A stretch of DNA of 64,000 bases, taken from the IMG/VR virus record IMGVR_UViG_3300018080_000098, positions 248,001-312,000 of that record; one strand, 5' to 3'. The position numbers and the translations under genes were made by a program. The notes beneath the pieces were generated by a model, which did not search any database, was not told the origin of the DNA, and saw nothing but the letters and a program-made list of their open reading frames with translations. Positions 17,624 through 28,373 of the stretch are shown here, in pieces. Each line of letters begins with the position of its first letter. Positions within the stretch are counted from its first letter, which is position 1.

Positions 17624-18265
17624 ATGTACATCACAAAAGAAGTTCCAGGTTTCGCCGCTGTCTCTGTGGAGGGGCCAACCAATCAGTTGCAGGATGCCCA
17701 AGCGTCGTTCAAAATCGCCGGTCTCACAGTGGATACCGTAGGACAGAATTCCATTCTACTTCGCGATGTCCACGAGGCCTCCCTTGAGAATGTACAGTCC
17801 ATCGCCGCCTCCCACAACATGCGGGTAGTAGGCACCTTCGGTCCGAAGACGTTCATCCACCGTGAGCAGGTAAAACAACGCAAAGCGTTCAAGCTCAACC
17901 TGCAGCCCAACAAATGGTACTTCGCAGAGCAGCTCGAAGATACCTACCCCTTCATTGTTGTACGCGACGTCCGCATCGAACGTACCGGCAACAACGGAGA
18001 CGAGGACCAGCTCCTCGACCTCGAGCTGTACGGGCCTGAACACACACTGCCCATCCAGCAAACTGTTACCTCCCGAGAGGCCGCTCAGTACGGACTGCGA
18101 CCTGCCACCGAAGAAGACTTCGAGAGCGCAGACATGATCGTTCCCGTTTCCGAGCTTTCTATTCTACAGATTCCGCATCCCAGCCACGGCATTCCCGGTG
18201 AAACTCCCCCTGTAGATGAGACCCCTAACCCATCATCGACAAGTCAGCACCAGCAGCACGTGTAA
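17624..18265 (+). CDS. hypothetical protein
   Basis: ORF with RBS. Confidence 0.6.
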   Translation: MYITKEVPGFAAVSVEGPTNQLQDAQASFKIAGLTVDTVGQNSILLRDVHEASLENVQSIAASHNMRVVGTFGPKTFIHREQVKQRKAFKLNLQPNKWYFAEQLEDTYPFIVVRDVRIERTGNNGDEDQLLDLELYGPEHTLPIQQTVTSREAAQYGLRPATEEDFESADMIVPVSELSILQIPHPSHGIPGETPPVDETPNPSSTSQHQQHV

Positions 18266-18267
18266 CC

Positions 18268-18912
18268 ATGAGCTGCGACCTTTGCAATAACTTCCCCGCC
18301 CGCGCTCTCCGGGAGCTCAACGAGGACATCGAAAAAGGTGACCTCACTCCCAATGAGCTCGCGGAGAAGCATTACGTCAGCTTACCCATGCTCAATGAGC
18401 ACATCAAGCTCTGTGTCGCCCCCACTATCAATAGCGGCCACGAGCTACTTGATGAGCTCCTGCGTGAAATCCGACGTGTAGCGGATGACCTCAAATCACA
18501 ATACGACTACGACCCCGACGCTAACAGTAGCGCCATGTCTCACTACGTCAACCTGACCCGTGAGGCCCGGGAGCTCGTCGTCGCCATGGAGCGTATCCGC
18601 CCCTCCGAAGAGCTCACGCAAAATATCACTGAAAAAATTCTCTCTCCGCTCGTCCGCCAAACGATACTGCTAATCTCTGAGGAGGCTAAACGCCTACGCG
18701 AGGAGCTAGCAACTGTTGTAGACCACCAGCAGTATCAGGCAGCGGACAACGCCCTCAAGCGGATGCTCGAAAGGTTCGCCTCTCGGTTGAGTACTGAAAC
18801 CGATGACCTCGTCGAGCGATTACAAAAATTGCTAGCTTCTCCCGCTAAAAAGCGGAAACCTTCTCAGCCCCCCACCCCCGCGAGCCCCTCGCAGGACCCG
18901 AAGGTCCACTAA
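18268..18912 (+). CDS. CxxC/HTH-like helical protein, candidate terminase small subunit
   Basis: CDLC..H..C N-terminus then coiled helices; 3 kb upstream of TerL. Confidence 0.35.
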   Translation: MSCDLCNNFPARALRELNEDIEKGDLTPNELAEKHYVSLPMLNEHIKLCVAPTINSGHELLDELLREIRRVADDLKSQYDYDPDANSSAMSHYVNLTREARELVVAMERIRPSEELTQNITEKILSPLVRQTILLISEEAKRLREELATVVDHQQYQAADNALKRMLERFASRLSTETDDLVERLQKLLASPAKKRKPSQPPTPASPSQDPKVH

Positions 18913-19103
18913 ACCCCCTTCCCCTTCCTCTCCAAGGATTTCACCATGGTCGACACGACGCGAAAAGAAAAGCGGTCGACAGCGCAATCCCACAATTAAT
19001 TTCTGTCGGTTGTTTCCACAAAGCTGCCCGCGGACTGTAAAAACTACATTACCGCAAGCCGCCCGCAGCTATTTGTGGGAGTGCGCGAAAGGAGTATGTA
19101 AGA

Positions 19104-20258
19104 ATGTTTCGAAAACCTCTGTTAGTATGCACGTTGCTGGTCATCCTGTTCACTGCCGCCACTGTGGCAGCGGATACACCGCCAGCTGGAAGTAGTGATA
19201 CTACCATTAACAAAAATGTTGTCACTCCTACTTCCCCAGACAACGATAAAGGAACAACGAAAGAATCTTCCCACACTAAAAAAGAGTCCACAGGGGACCC
19301 TGTCCTTTCCCTCAACAAAATCACCTTCGCCACTAAGGAGGCGCGAAAGAAGCGTATCGAGCAGCTCGTGAAAGCAGTCGAAGCCATCGAGGACCGCGGA
19401 GGCAAACCGCGCAGCAAAAAACAGTGCAACAATCGCTGGAAGAAACGCTGTGGCAAACTCAAAACCGACGCCGACCCACGTCGCAGCCACAAAGCTTACC
19501 GCTACAAGCTCTGCCTTCGTAAATGGAAACGCTGCCTCAAACGAGACCAACGTTGGACTGAGCGCCGCTACGTCATCGCTGAAGCTGCTCTCAACGCTCA
19601 GGAGAAGACCGGCGTAGACGCCACTTTTATGGTTGCGGTGGGTCGTATGGAATCGGACTTCCGAAATCTGATTCTCATCAACTCCGCTTGCAAGTACCGA
19701 CGACGTACCTACGGATGCTACGCCGATTGTGGCATGACACAACACCACGTTCGTGGGCCTCTCAAATATGTCATGCGTTATTGCAAGAAGCTAGCGCGTC
19801 CACGCCGACATCGCGATTACGCAAAGAGCGTCAAGCTCGCTTTCCGCAAGAGCGCAGAGGAGTTAGCACGCCACGTCAAATATTGCAACGACCCCAAGAA
19901 AGTGAGGCGGCACTTACCTACCAGACGGTGCATCCTCAACCGCTACAACCAAGGCACCTTCTACAAGCGCATGGAACGGTGCGGCCGTTGCTGGCTGAAT
20001 CCCGCTAAGTTCATTAGCACTGAGGTGTACCGCTGGAGGTTACAGGATTGCAAAAAGCGGCGCCGGAAGTGTCGGCATACAGCAGCTTATTGGAAGAAGC
20101 TCACCTGTTTTGAGTACGGAGCTCGTCACGCCATCCGGTCCAAACGAAGCTGCCGCCGTTGCTACAGCCTCGCAAAAATACGTACCCGGTTTTACAAATC
20201 CCCACAAACCGGCACCCACCTCACTTCTTTCCTCTTCAAGAAGACTGCCAAGAAGTAG
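19104..20258 (+). CDS. secreted lytic-transglycosylase-like (SLT) protein, candidate endolysin
   Basis: Signal peptide; AVGRMESDF, CGMTQ, RYNQG match the SLT ES/GxMQ/YN order. Confidence 0.55.
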   Translation: MFRKPLLVCTLLVILFTAATVAADTPPAGSSDTTINKNVVTPTSPDNDKGTTKESSHTKKESTGDPVLSLNKITFATKEARKKRIEQLVKAVEAIEDRGGKPRSKKQCNNRWKKRCGKLKTDADPRRSHKAYRYKLCLRKWKRCLKRDQRWTERRYVIAEAALNAQEKTGVDATFMVAVGRMESDFRNLILINSACKYRRRTYGCYADCGMTQHHVRGPLKYVMRYCKKLARPRRHRDYAKSVKLAFRKSAEELARHVKYCNDPKKVRRHLPTRRCILNRYNQGTFYKRMERCGRCWLNPAKFISTEVYRWRLQDCKKRRRKCRHTAAYWKKLTCFEYGARHAIRSKRSCRRCYSLAKIRTRFYKSPQTGTHLTSFLFKKTAKK

Positions 20259-20392
20259 CATTCGCTACAAATCCAACCGCTTATAGTTACTTTCTAACAG
20301 GGCAAAATGATGCTAGAAGGCTCAGTGTTAGCTAAATCGCCCTGGTAGCACTTCTTTCCCTTCACTGACTCTGAGCCTCAAGTAGGTTCAGA

Positions 20393-21061
20393 ATGTCAGA
20401 CACACCAGCAGTACACTGCATTTCCGAGCTGCACGACCTGATTCTACTACAGGTTCCAGAAGAACGGCTTGCTCATATCACCACCGAGCTCGAGTCTAGC
20501 GCCCCAAGGGTGCGGCTTGCTTGGCCTCTGTTGAAAGAGAAGCAGCTGCCTGCTCGAGTAGAGCGCTTGATTGACTCCCTCACCCTTCGTTATCCCACCG
20601 TCGCCATCAGCCCTCCCATCATGCACTCAGACAACACCCGCAATTTCCTCACCGTTCAGGCTGCCGATGTCGAGGATGCCCTTCCTGAAGAAGCTGCTGA
20701 AGGAGAGCCCATCCCCTCCGATTCAAGCTTCCCCATTTCGTTCACCGTGGGCGATGTGGCGTTCGATATTGCCAGCTACGATGGCATGACCTATACACTC
20801 CTTCACAATGGTGCGGAGCTCGAGGGCGACTACCCCAACATGGCAGCTGCTGTAGGAGCTCTTTTGCCATACGTGCTCCGTGAGATTGCGGACCAGGAAG
20901 CACAGAAGGGCACACCCAACCCGCAGCAATCTGTGGACAAGGAGTTCCTTTTCGAGCTCTCACAATATTTCCGTAAAAGTCCCATTGTTCCCGACGATTC
21001 CATCCAGAAGCACCTGGTGGATTTCGTGGAACTCACTACACATAGAGACTTTGATGCGTAG
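20393..21061 (+). CDS. hypothetical protein
   Basis: 222-aa ORF. Confidence 0.55.
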   Translation: MSDTPAVHCISELHDLILLQVPEERLAHITTELESSAPRVRLAWPLLKEKQLPARVERLIDSLTLRYPTVAISPPIMHSDNTRNFLTVQAADVEDALPEEAAEGEPIPSDSSFPISFTVGDVAFDIASYDGMTYTLLHNGAELEGDYPNMAAAVGALLPYVLREIADQEAQKGTPNPQQSVDKEFLFELSQYFRKSPIVPDDSIQKHLVDFVELTTHRDFDA

Positions 21062-21088
21062 TTTCGGCGGGCGCACGCAGGTCGGCAT

Positions 21089-21538
21089 ATGATGGATTTC
21101 CTTGGTTACATGTTGGAACCGCTACTCGCGGAGGCTACGAAAGCTACACAGCCAACGGGGTTTACCTGGCGTGACGTTATCAGTCTGGCAAGCATCGCCG
21201 TACCTTTACTACTGGGACTTTATCTTTACCTGGTGCGGAAGAAGCAGGAAGCTGAGAAAGAGCTGCAGCAGCAGCAGATGCGGGAATTGAGGGAAGCGAT
21301 CAAGCGTGCACAGGATGATGTGGACGAGGCGTTGGAGAAGGTGGAGGAGACGATTAGAAAGCATCTCGAACATCAAACCGGGTGTGTTACCAAATACGTC
21401 AATCAGGACGTTTACAAAGATGATATGAAAACGCAGGCGGGTCATGTTGCCTCTGTGCGCAGCACCATCGATACGTTGAACACGATGTTGGTGCAGCAAC
21501 AACAGCTCATGACAAACCTGGTGAAAACTCTATCTTAG
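21089..21538 (+). CDS. membrane protein with coiled coil (holin-like position)
   Basis: One TM helix then a coiled coil; near the SLT gene. Confidence 0.45.
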   Translation: MMDFLGYMLEPLLAEATKATQPTGFTWRDVISLASIAVPLLLGLYLYLVRKKQEAEKELQQQQMRELREAIKRAQDDVDEALEKVEETIRKHLEHQTGCVTKYVNQDVYKDDMKTQAGHVASVRSTIDTLNTMLVQQQQLMTNLVKTLS

Positions 21539-21553
21539 CGGGAGTAGCCCACG

Positions 21554-21877
21554 ATGTGTGCTCAGGATGGAATTGGTAGTGGCGGCGAAGAGAAAGAGAA
21601 GGGTGAAATGCTTCTTCAAGAAGAACAGTCTACAGAATCTGCACGGACAGAAACAGACGGGCTTCCTCGTACGACAACAGGGGTCATCCGTATCATGCGG
21701 GCCAAAGGTCGCGAGGAAGCAGCAGCTTTAGTAGAAGAGCTGCACGAAACAAAAGAGAAGGTGGTCGAGACGACTCGAAGGGCGCAGAAGCTCCTTGCCT
21801 TGTTGCGCACGTTGCACAAGAAGACCACAGGCACTTTCCCTACTATCCCCCCTCGAGCTTCCGAAGAAGAAGCGTAG
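21554..21877 (+). CDS. hypothetical protein
   Basis: ORF between the membrane gene and TerL. Confidence 0.45.
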   Translation: MCAQDGIGSGGEEKEKGEMLLQEEQSTESARTETDGLPRTTTGVIRIMRAKGREEAAALVEELHETKEKVVETTRRAQKLLALLRTLHKKTTGTFPTIPPRASEEEA

Positions 21878-21892
21878 CCTCCCAGAGATTGC

Positions 21893-24175
21893 ATGTCGTC
21901 GACGAAGAAGCCATTCCCGAAACTGAAAAAGCGTTCCCTCACAGACTTTGGAGGGGATGCTAGGGAAGAGGCTTCCGCGAAGAAAAAGAATACACCCAAA
22001 AAGAAAGTTTCTCCCGCGTCAACTCCCACCACGAAACCGAAAGAGTCGTTCAGCACTAACATCTACGCTGCCCTCGATGCAGCCTCCGAAGTCACCGAAG
22101 ATAGCACTAAGGTACCGAGCCCCAACGAGCTCATGAAGCTCGCTATCTCAGCGGACCTCGACCCCTCCATCTTCGTCGAGCGCAGCTTCCCGGTAGCAGC
22201 CAACGTTATAGAGTGGTGTCGGAGTGCCAACTTCCTGGGCTTTTCTGGTGAGCTACGGCCTCGACAGTTCCAGGTCCTCTCGCAATTCTTCGGGGATGTC
22301 TGCTACCAGTGCTCCGATGTCCATTACGTACACAACGTCCCTGTAGATGATACTATCGGAAACGTTATCGATCGATTCGTCCTGCTTGAACATGGTGTTT
22401 GTCCTAAATGCCGACGTAATCGCACAGAGATGTTGGCAGACTGGCTATCAGATCCACGGTTCGCAGATTACAATCAGTTCGATGAAAAGCTTCAACTGCG
22501 TCCTGTACCTCCTAATGAATTTGTTGGTGTGTGGGGGCAGAGGTCTGGAAAATCCTTCACTGTTTCTACTTTTGCTGTCCCTTACATATTGCATCGCTAC
22601 TTAGCGCTCCCAAGCCCCACAAAGTATTTTGAGCAGGCTAGTAATTCTATCTTACAAGCTACGTTTGTGGCGCCTACTATTTACCAGGCGGAAGACAACA
22701 TGTGGAAGTCCTTCCGGGAAATCTATGAAAGTTCGCCATGGTTTAGAGAGATAAAGAGCCATAACATCGCGGAAGGGAAGCGTTTAGGGGTATCTCTTTA
22801 TGAAGCTGCGAAGCGTTTCATCTTTTTCCCCGGAAAGCGCATCGCTATTTATATGCAAGCTGCCAGCTCTATTACGCTGCGTGGTGCAACCAGACTTTGC
22901 TGTACCCTTGATGAGTTAGGTTGGTTTAATACTACATCTGATGGGAAGCGCCGTACAGGGGTCAAAGACGGCACTGAAATATTTAACGCGCTAGAGAACA
23001 GCTTGCAAACTATACGTACCCAAGCAAACAGGCGTCGTAGGAGTGGTGATTATAACACGCTTGATGGTTATATGCTCAACATTTCCAGCCCAACTTCAGT
23101 AGCCGACCCTATTATGCAACGGGCCACGGTAGCGGATAAGAGCCCTCGCATGTTCTACACACACTATGCAACATGGGAGGCTAACCCTCAAGAAGATGAG
23201 GATACTATCAAGGAACAGAAAGCTGGTGACCCTGAATCGCTGATGCGCGACTTCTACGCTATACCGCCCCGAGCACTCAGTCCTTTCTTCCCAAACCACG
23301 CGCTCGTGGAGCAACTCGTAGCAGATGAGACCGTAATCGAACCCCTGTTCAACTACGTTATCGATAAAGAGAGCCATACCGGTGAGCCCTCTCTTCTACG
23401 CCCCACGCCTAAAGATATCAAAGCAGACATCTTCAACGCACGGGTGCTCGCTGTGGATAACGGAGAAATCAACGATCACTTTGCTCTCTGCATCGCCCGC
23501 TATGAGCCAGAAACTGAAGGTATCATTTACGAGGAGTTCCTGGAAGTAGCTCCCTACCGAGGTTTCCATGTAGACCTCAACTGGTGCTACAACGAGCTCA
23601 TCGTTCCGCTCGTTCGCTCCTTCCAGTTCGTGCACGTAGTATTCGATCGCTGGAACAGCGCTGTCCAGGTCCTCGACCTTCGCAACACACACGATATGGA
23701 CGCGGAACGGTACACCCTCAAACTGAAAGACTACAAAGAATTCAAACACGACTTACAGGACGTGAAGATTCATTTCCCCGCAGCAGAGAAGAACCCGGAT
23801 GACCTGCTCAAAATGCGAAACGTAGCCATGCGCGCCGATTACCCCAGAGCGCACTTCCAGCTGCAACTCACTACTGTAGAGCAGTTCGGCAACAAGGCCC
23901 CCATGAAACCAGAGAACGGTACGGATGACCTGTTTCGCACAGCCGTTCTCTGCCACAGCCAAATCCGTCGCTACCAAGACGAGTACGCCAAACGAAGCCG
24001 AGGCCGTGGCCGTCGCCTGCCCGGCATGATGACAGCTGGCCTGTTCCGCGGCGCTAGCACCCGAGGAATGGGTATGACCAACCGCGGCCTCGAGGGTGGT
24101 GGTCCCAATACCGGGCGCTCCGTAGGAATGTTCTACAACAGGTCGAGCCGCAGCCCCTTCAACAGAGGAAGCTAA
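21893..24175 (+). CDS. terL: terminase large subunit
   Basis: Walker A GQRSGKS, Walker B TLDELG, nuclease AVDNG..D, VVFDRWNS, TDDL; upstream of portal. Confidence 0.85.
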   Translation: MSSTKKPFPKLKKRSLTDFGGDAREEASAKKKNTPKKKVSPASTPTTKPKESFSTNIYAALDAASEVTEDSTKVPSPNELMKLAISADLDPSIFVERSFPVAANVIEWCRSANFLGFSGELRPRQFQVLSQFFGDVCYQCSDVHYVHNVPVDDTIGNVIDRFVLLEHGVCPKCRRNRTEMLADWLSDPRFADYNQFDEKLQLRPVPPNEFVGVWGQRSGKSFTVSTFAVPYILHRYLALPSPTKYFEQASNSILQATFVAPTIYQAEDNMWKSFREIYESSPWFREIKSHNIAEGKRLGVSLYEAAKRFIFFPGKRIAIYMQAASSITLRGATRLCCTLDELGWFNTTSDGKRRTGVKDGTEIFNALENSLQTIRTQANRRRRSGDYNTLDGYMLNISSPTSVADPIMQRATVADKSPRMFYTHYATWEANPQEDEDTIKEQKAGDPESLMRDFYAIPPRALSPFFPNHALVEQLVADETVIEPLFNYVIDKESHTGEPSLLRPTPKDIKADIFNARVLAVDNGEINDHFALCIARYEPETEGIIYEEFLEVAPYRGFHVDLNWCYNELIVPLVRSFQFVHVVFDRWNSAVQVLDLRNTHDMDAERYTLKLKDYKEFKHDLQDVKIHFPAAEKNPDDLLKMRNVAMRADYPRAHFQLQLTTVEQFGNKAPMKPENGTDDLFRTAVLCHSQIRRYQDEYAKRSRGRGRRLPGMMTAGLFRGASTRGMGMTNRGLEGGGPNTGRSVGMFYNRSSRSPFNRGS

Positions 24176-24180
24176 ACGTC

Positions 24181-24567
24181 ATGAATATCTACACATTTGT
24201 ACGAGATACCTGCACCAAAGCCAATTTCGGTGTCAACACTGGAGCCGTTCAACGACTCGTCGGAACACTCCGTGCCGCTGGGTTTCAAGATGACCTATCC
24301 ACCAAAGATGCTCAGATAGCTACACAGATTATCAACAAGCGTCTCAAGCAGATAAGCAGCCCCGAGATGCGCACGGCAGGTGTAGAATCACCCATCTCGT
24401 CCACTGCAAAGTTTGAAGAAATCGAATCGCTACGCAGCAAGAACCTCTGCCCACGTTGTAAAAGTACTATGGACGAGGTAAAGCTCGCAACGTACAACAA
24501 AACTAAGGCTGCGTACGAGAAAGCCAAGTTCTGCAAAAGATGTAAAGTAGCTCTCTGGATCGACTAA
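24181..24567 (+). CDS. zinc-finger protein
   Basis: CPRC and CKRC at the C-terminus. Confidence 0.55.
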   Translation: MNIYTFVRDTCTKANFGVNTGAVQRLVGTLRAAGFQDDLSTKDAQIATQIINKRLKQISSPEMRTAGVESPISSTAKFEEIESLRSKNLCPRCKSTMDEVKLATYNKTKAAYEKAKFCKRCKVALWID

Positions 24568-24583
24568 GTAGCGGAAAACAGAC

Positions 24584-26995
24584 ATGTTCAAAGTGAGATT
24601 CGATATGACGGAGGGGCGCTACCGCCGCGTCGCCAACCGCACCGCCGCAGTCATGCGGTCGCACAGCTCCTCCTCAGGTGCCCGCCGCAGGTACGGCACA
24701 GCTACCACAGGAGCTATCCCACCAGATAAGCTCCGCCACGCTGTAGGCTCCCTTACGAATGTCACCGCGCCAATGCAAGCAGGCGCAGACATGTCCCAGC
24801 GATACTCCCCCGTCTTCGAACGCGCCGAGGACCCGACTATCGCTGAAGATTTTATGCCTGCCGACCCCCAAACGCAGCATAAAATATTTCGCAACCTTAT
24901 CATGTTTGACCCCATTGCAGGTCCCGCCACCGAGTACTGGCGCGACCTCGCCTTCTCTCAAAATGTCATCCTTAGTGGCATCGACGACGATAAAGCCATT
25001 CAATTCTTTCAAGACGCCATCGACGCATCCGGTATCGTCCCTGCGATGCCCATGCTCCTCAGCGACTACCTCACGTTCGGTAAGTTCGTCTTCCACATGA
25101 TTTTCGATAAGAAGATGGGTTACTGGACCGAGGTCATCCCACACGACCTCGATTACGTCTCCATCAAGGTTTCCCCCATTCCGAGCCTCGACCCCATCAT
25201 CGACATCCAGCCCACACAAGACATGCGAGAGTGGGCCATCTCTTCCGACCCCCGCGTCATCGCACAACGTCGTGATGTAGACGCCGTACTCGTTAGCCTC
25301 ATGGCAGCCGGACGCCCTATTCCCCTAGCGCCCGAAAACACCATGTTCCTTCCGCGTCGAGTGTTCGCTACCGACTACTACGGTACCTCGTACCTCACGC
25401 GCATTATGCCCTTCAAAATCTATGAGAAGGCTCTCCTCGATGCATCCATCGCTGGAGCTCGTAGACGTGCTGGACCCCTCTGGCACATCAAAGTGTGGCC
25501 CGACGCTACCGATGTTGAGATGTCCGAAATCCTCGACCTCTTCTTCGCCGCAGAAGAAGACCCCATCGGCGGCAAAGTCCTCACCCGAGAAGGCGTCGAT
25601 GTTGTCCCTGTTGGTGGAGGCTCCGCAGACTTCTGGAAACTCTCTGATGAGTGGAACTTCCTCAGCGAAGCTAAGATGCACGCGTTGGGAATCAGCGCTA
25701 CCTTCTTAGACGGAACAGCTAACTACAACAGCATGGACATGATTCTGTCCACCTTCCTCGAGAAGGTCCGGTCTGTCCGTTCTTACTTTACGCGCAAAAT
25801 CATCCTTGAGAAAATCTGCCGACAGCTCGCGCAGATCCATGGCATGAAAAAGCGCTCGCAGGCAGACCTGTCCCACCGCATACGTACTAGCAGGAAAATC
25901 AATAAACGTTCAGACCCAGAGTACATGCTGCCAACTATCGAGTGGGATAAGCCCCTAGCACCCATCGCAGACCGCGACTACCTCGATATCATCAACATGC
26001 TTGATGAAGCTGGGCTTCCTGTACCCATCCGTATGAAAACTCAGGTAGCCGGTTTCGATATCGACAAAGCACTCGACTCTTTCGATTCAGACCTCGAAAC
26101 CTGGAAGAAGATTTACGAACACCGTCGTGCCAAAGCAGAGCTCGCCGCGCAGTACGGGTTCGATGAGAGTGGTGCATTCCAAGGCGGTGAGCTTGGTACA
26201 GGGCTCGGAGGAGCTGGTTTAGGCGCAGAGATTGGTGGTGAGTTGCCAGGAGGAGGCCTCCCCGGGGAGCTTCCCCCCGAAGAGGGTTTGGGTGAGCTCC
26301 CTGAGCTCGGTGGAGGAGAAGCTGCTCCTGAGCTTGGTGGTGAGGAAGCTGCTCCCGCTACTGAAGAACTTCCCCCGGCAGCACCTACTCCTGGTGCTGG
26401 TGAAGGGTTCGGAGCAGATCTGGCAGCCCCGCGCTTCAAGGCTAAGCCCCTTCCTCAACGTCTCGTGGTCAGCAAAGCTCGTATTCAAGCAGCTAACGAT
26501 ATTGTTCAGGACCTCGAGCGAATCCCCATCTGGGATAATGATGGCGCTCTCTTTGGTTTACCTCGTCGACGCGTAGCAAAAATCCTGGACCGCATTGCTC
26601 ATACAGACCCCAAAGAGAAGCGTCGCAAAAAACTCGGTAGAGCTCTCCCCAAAGAGCTCGCGAAAACAGAAGGGCTCGATCGGATGCAGGCCAACATGGT
26701 CCAATACCTCGCTATCCGACTGGGGTTCGTTCCACCCGTAGAAATTCAAGAAGAGGCTTTCGATAGCATCCGCAAGTTCATCGTTTCCCGTATGGACGGT
26801 AACGGCTTGACGAAAGCAGTGAGCAACGAGATTGTGATGCTCACTAAGATAGCTGAAGCTGGCGGACGTCGGTCCGATAGCAAGTTGGCTAAAAAGATAA
26901 ACCCTGCGTTGATTATGCCACGCTACGAAAGCGCCCTTTCCGATTCCCAGCTACTAACGGGCGTCGTCGACTCGAACCCGTTCATCAAATCGTAA
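24584..26995 (+). CDS. portal protein
   Basis: Position after TerL; DYL.FGK, YGTSYL, ALGISATFLDG.ANY motifs; Gly/Glu/Pro-rich insertion. Confidence 0.75.
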   Translation: MFKVRFDMTEGRYRRVANRTAAVMRSHSSSSGARRRYGTATTGAIPPDKLRHAVGSLTNVTAPMQAGADMSQRYSPVFERAEDPTIAEDFMPADPQTQHKIFRNLIMFDPIAGPATEYWRDLAFSQNVILSGIDDDKAIQFFQDAIDASGIVPAMPMLLSDYLTFGKFVFHMIFDKKMGYWTEVIPHDLDYVSIKVSPIPSLDPIIDIQPTQDMREWAISSDPRVIAQRRDVDAVLVSLMAAGRPIPLAPENTMFLPRRVFATDYYGTSYLTRIMPFKIYEKALLDASIAGARRRAGPLWHIKVWPDATDVEMSEILDLFFAAEEDPIGGKVLTREGVDVVPVGGGSADFWKLSDEWNFLSEAKMHALGISATFLDGTANYNSMDMILSTFLEKVRSVRSYFTRKIILEKICRQLAQIHGMKKRSQADLSHRIRTSRKINKRSDPEYMLPTIEWDKPLAPIADRDYLDIINMLDEAGLPVPIRMKTQVAGFDIDKALDSFDSDLETWKKIYEHRRAKAELAAQYGFDESGAFQGGELGTGLGGAGLGAEIGGELPGGGLPGELPPEEGLGELPELGGGEAAPELGGEEAAPATEELPPAAPTPGAGEGFGADLAAPRFKAKPLPQRLVVSKARIQAANDIVQDLERIPIWDNDGALFGLPRRRVAKILDRIAHTDPKEKRRKKLGRALPKELAKTEGLDRMQANMVQYLAIRLGFVPPVEIQEEAFDSIRKFIVSRMDGNGLTKAVSNEIVMLTKIAEAGGRRSDSKLAKKINPALIMPRYESALSDSQLLTGVVDSNPFIKS

Positions 26996-27005
26996 CCATC
27001 GAAAG

Positions 27006-27596
27006 GTGGTAGACATGTCCGACCAAGAAACTCTCTCGAGCGAGGGAGGAATAGGCATCGAGTTCAGTGCGCCCTCTCCTTATGACCTTCCGGAGAAGTT
27101 GCGTGTGGAAGCCCAAGATCCCGAAGAAGAGAAGTCTGAAGAATCCCCTACCGAAGACACACCTGAAGAACCTGCTGAAGAGGCTGCCGATGATCCGTTG
27201 GCTGAAGAGGAGCCAGAAGAGGAGAAGGTAGGCCCATCTGAAGAGGAGATGCTCGAGTCTATCGAGAAAAGTCCTGGTGTTCAGTGGAGAAAATACCTTC
27301 GCCCCGTACTCAAAATCATCAAGGATACGAAGCTCAAAGTTCCCATCGAGCTCCACAATAGCTACACCGTCGGAATGGACGATGACACTTCTTTAGGGTT
27401 CCACATTGTTGGTATAGTTCATTTCATCGATGAGGTTCCAGCGGACGTCGCTGCTCAGCTTAAAGGGGAAACGCTTCGCTATGATGCGTTTGTTACTCCG
27501 GATGGCAACCTCGGAGATGTAGACCTTCTTTACCCTACACTGCAAGCTCCGTACGAACCCACTTTTCGGATAAATCGAAACGTGGAACGCCTTTGA
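27006..27596 (+). CDS. acidic hypothetical protein
   Basis: ORF in the head module. Confidence 0.55.
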   Translation: MVDMSDQETLSSEGGIGIEFSAPSPYDLPEKLRVEAQDPEEEKSEESPTEDTPEEPAEEAADDPLAEEEPEEEKVGPSEEEMLESIEKSPGVQWRKYLRPVLKIIKDTKLKVPIELHNSYTVGMDDDTSLGFHIVGIVHFIDEVPADVAAQLKGETLRYDAFVTPDGNLGDVDLLYPTLQAPYEPTFRINRNVERL

Positions 27597-27645
27597 GGTT
27601 AGTTTATAACGACTAACCGAGGCATAGCGTAAACGGGATACCTGT

Positions 27646-28053
27646 ATGGCGAATTGGAGCAGAGCATGGAACGGCTGCGGCAGCAATGTCAGCAGTAGTT
27701 GTGCTGCTGGTTGCTTTAATCCTTTATACCCTGCTGCAAGTACGCAGGGGAATGTTCTGGATGGGTTTCCTCTTTCCATCCAAACTTGCGGTCAAGCGAT
27801 GCACGAGTTTGGGCAGGCACTCCAGTCTGCTCTTCCTGCTCAGAACGTTATTGTGAAAACAAACTCTTCTGCGTCGTACACGTTGGACGTTCGTATTGAT
27901 CCCAAAGTCACAGCCACTGCCACTATCCAATTTCAAGGAAACACGTGTGACTTTCCTGTTTCTGCTACGTACGCAAAGGGTGGAAGTAGTGGGAGCGCCA
28001 AGTTTTCCGGACTCACCGAGCTACTTAATTGGCTGGTAAGTGTTTTGCGTTAG
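27646..28053 (+). CDS. hypothetical protein
   Basis: ORF in the head module. Confidence 0.55.
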   Translation: MANWSRAWNGCGSNVSSSCAAGCFNPLYPAASTQGNVLDGFPLSIQTCGQAMHEFGQALQSALPAQNVIVKTNSSASYTLDVRIDPKVTATATIQFQGNTCDFPVSATYAKGGSSGSAKFSGLTELLNWLVSVLR

Positions 28054-28059
28054 GTTGGT

Positions 28060-28302
28060 GTGGAAATTATGGGAACGTTTAACAAAAAAGGTCTTCCGGC
28101 GAAGTTAGTCTATAAAGGATCAAGATATCGTCTTGCAATAACAGAAGAGGGCAAGCTCTGGAAGAGCCAGATAGCTCCTCGTCTTGAACAACTTTTCGAG
28201 ATCGCTTCCGACGGTGAAACAGAAGACCAGCTCAAGAAGGAGCAGGCTCATTCTATTTACCGTGAGCTTCGGGAGTACTTCAAGCTACTGGGCATCCAGT
28301 AG
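28060..28302 (+). CDS. small protein with YKG motif
   Basis: PAKLVYKGSRYRLA. Confidence 0.55.
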   Translation: MEIMGTFNKKGLPAKLVYKGSRYRLAITEEGKLWKSQIAPRLEQLFEIASDGETEDQLKKEQAHSIYRELREYFKLLGIQ

Positions 28303-28373
28303 TTTTCTTTATTACCCTGTCAACATTACCAAGTCACCCACGGCAGGTTTGCCAGCAACATCAGGAGAGTTTA

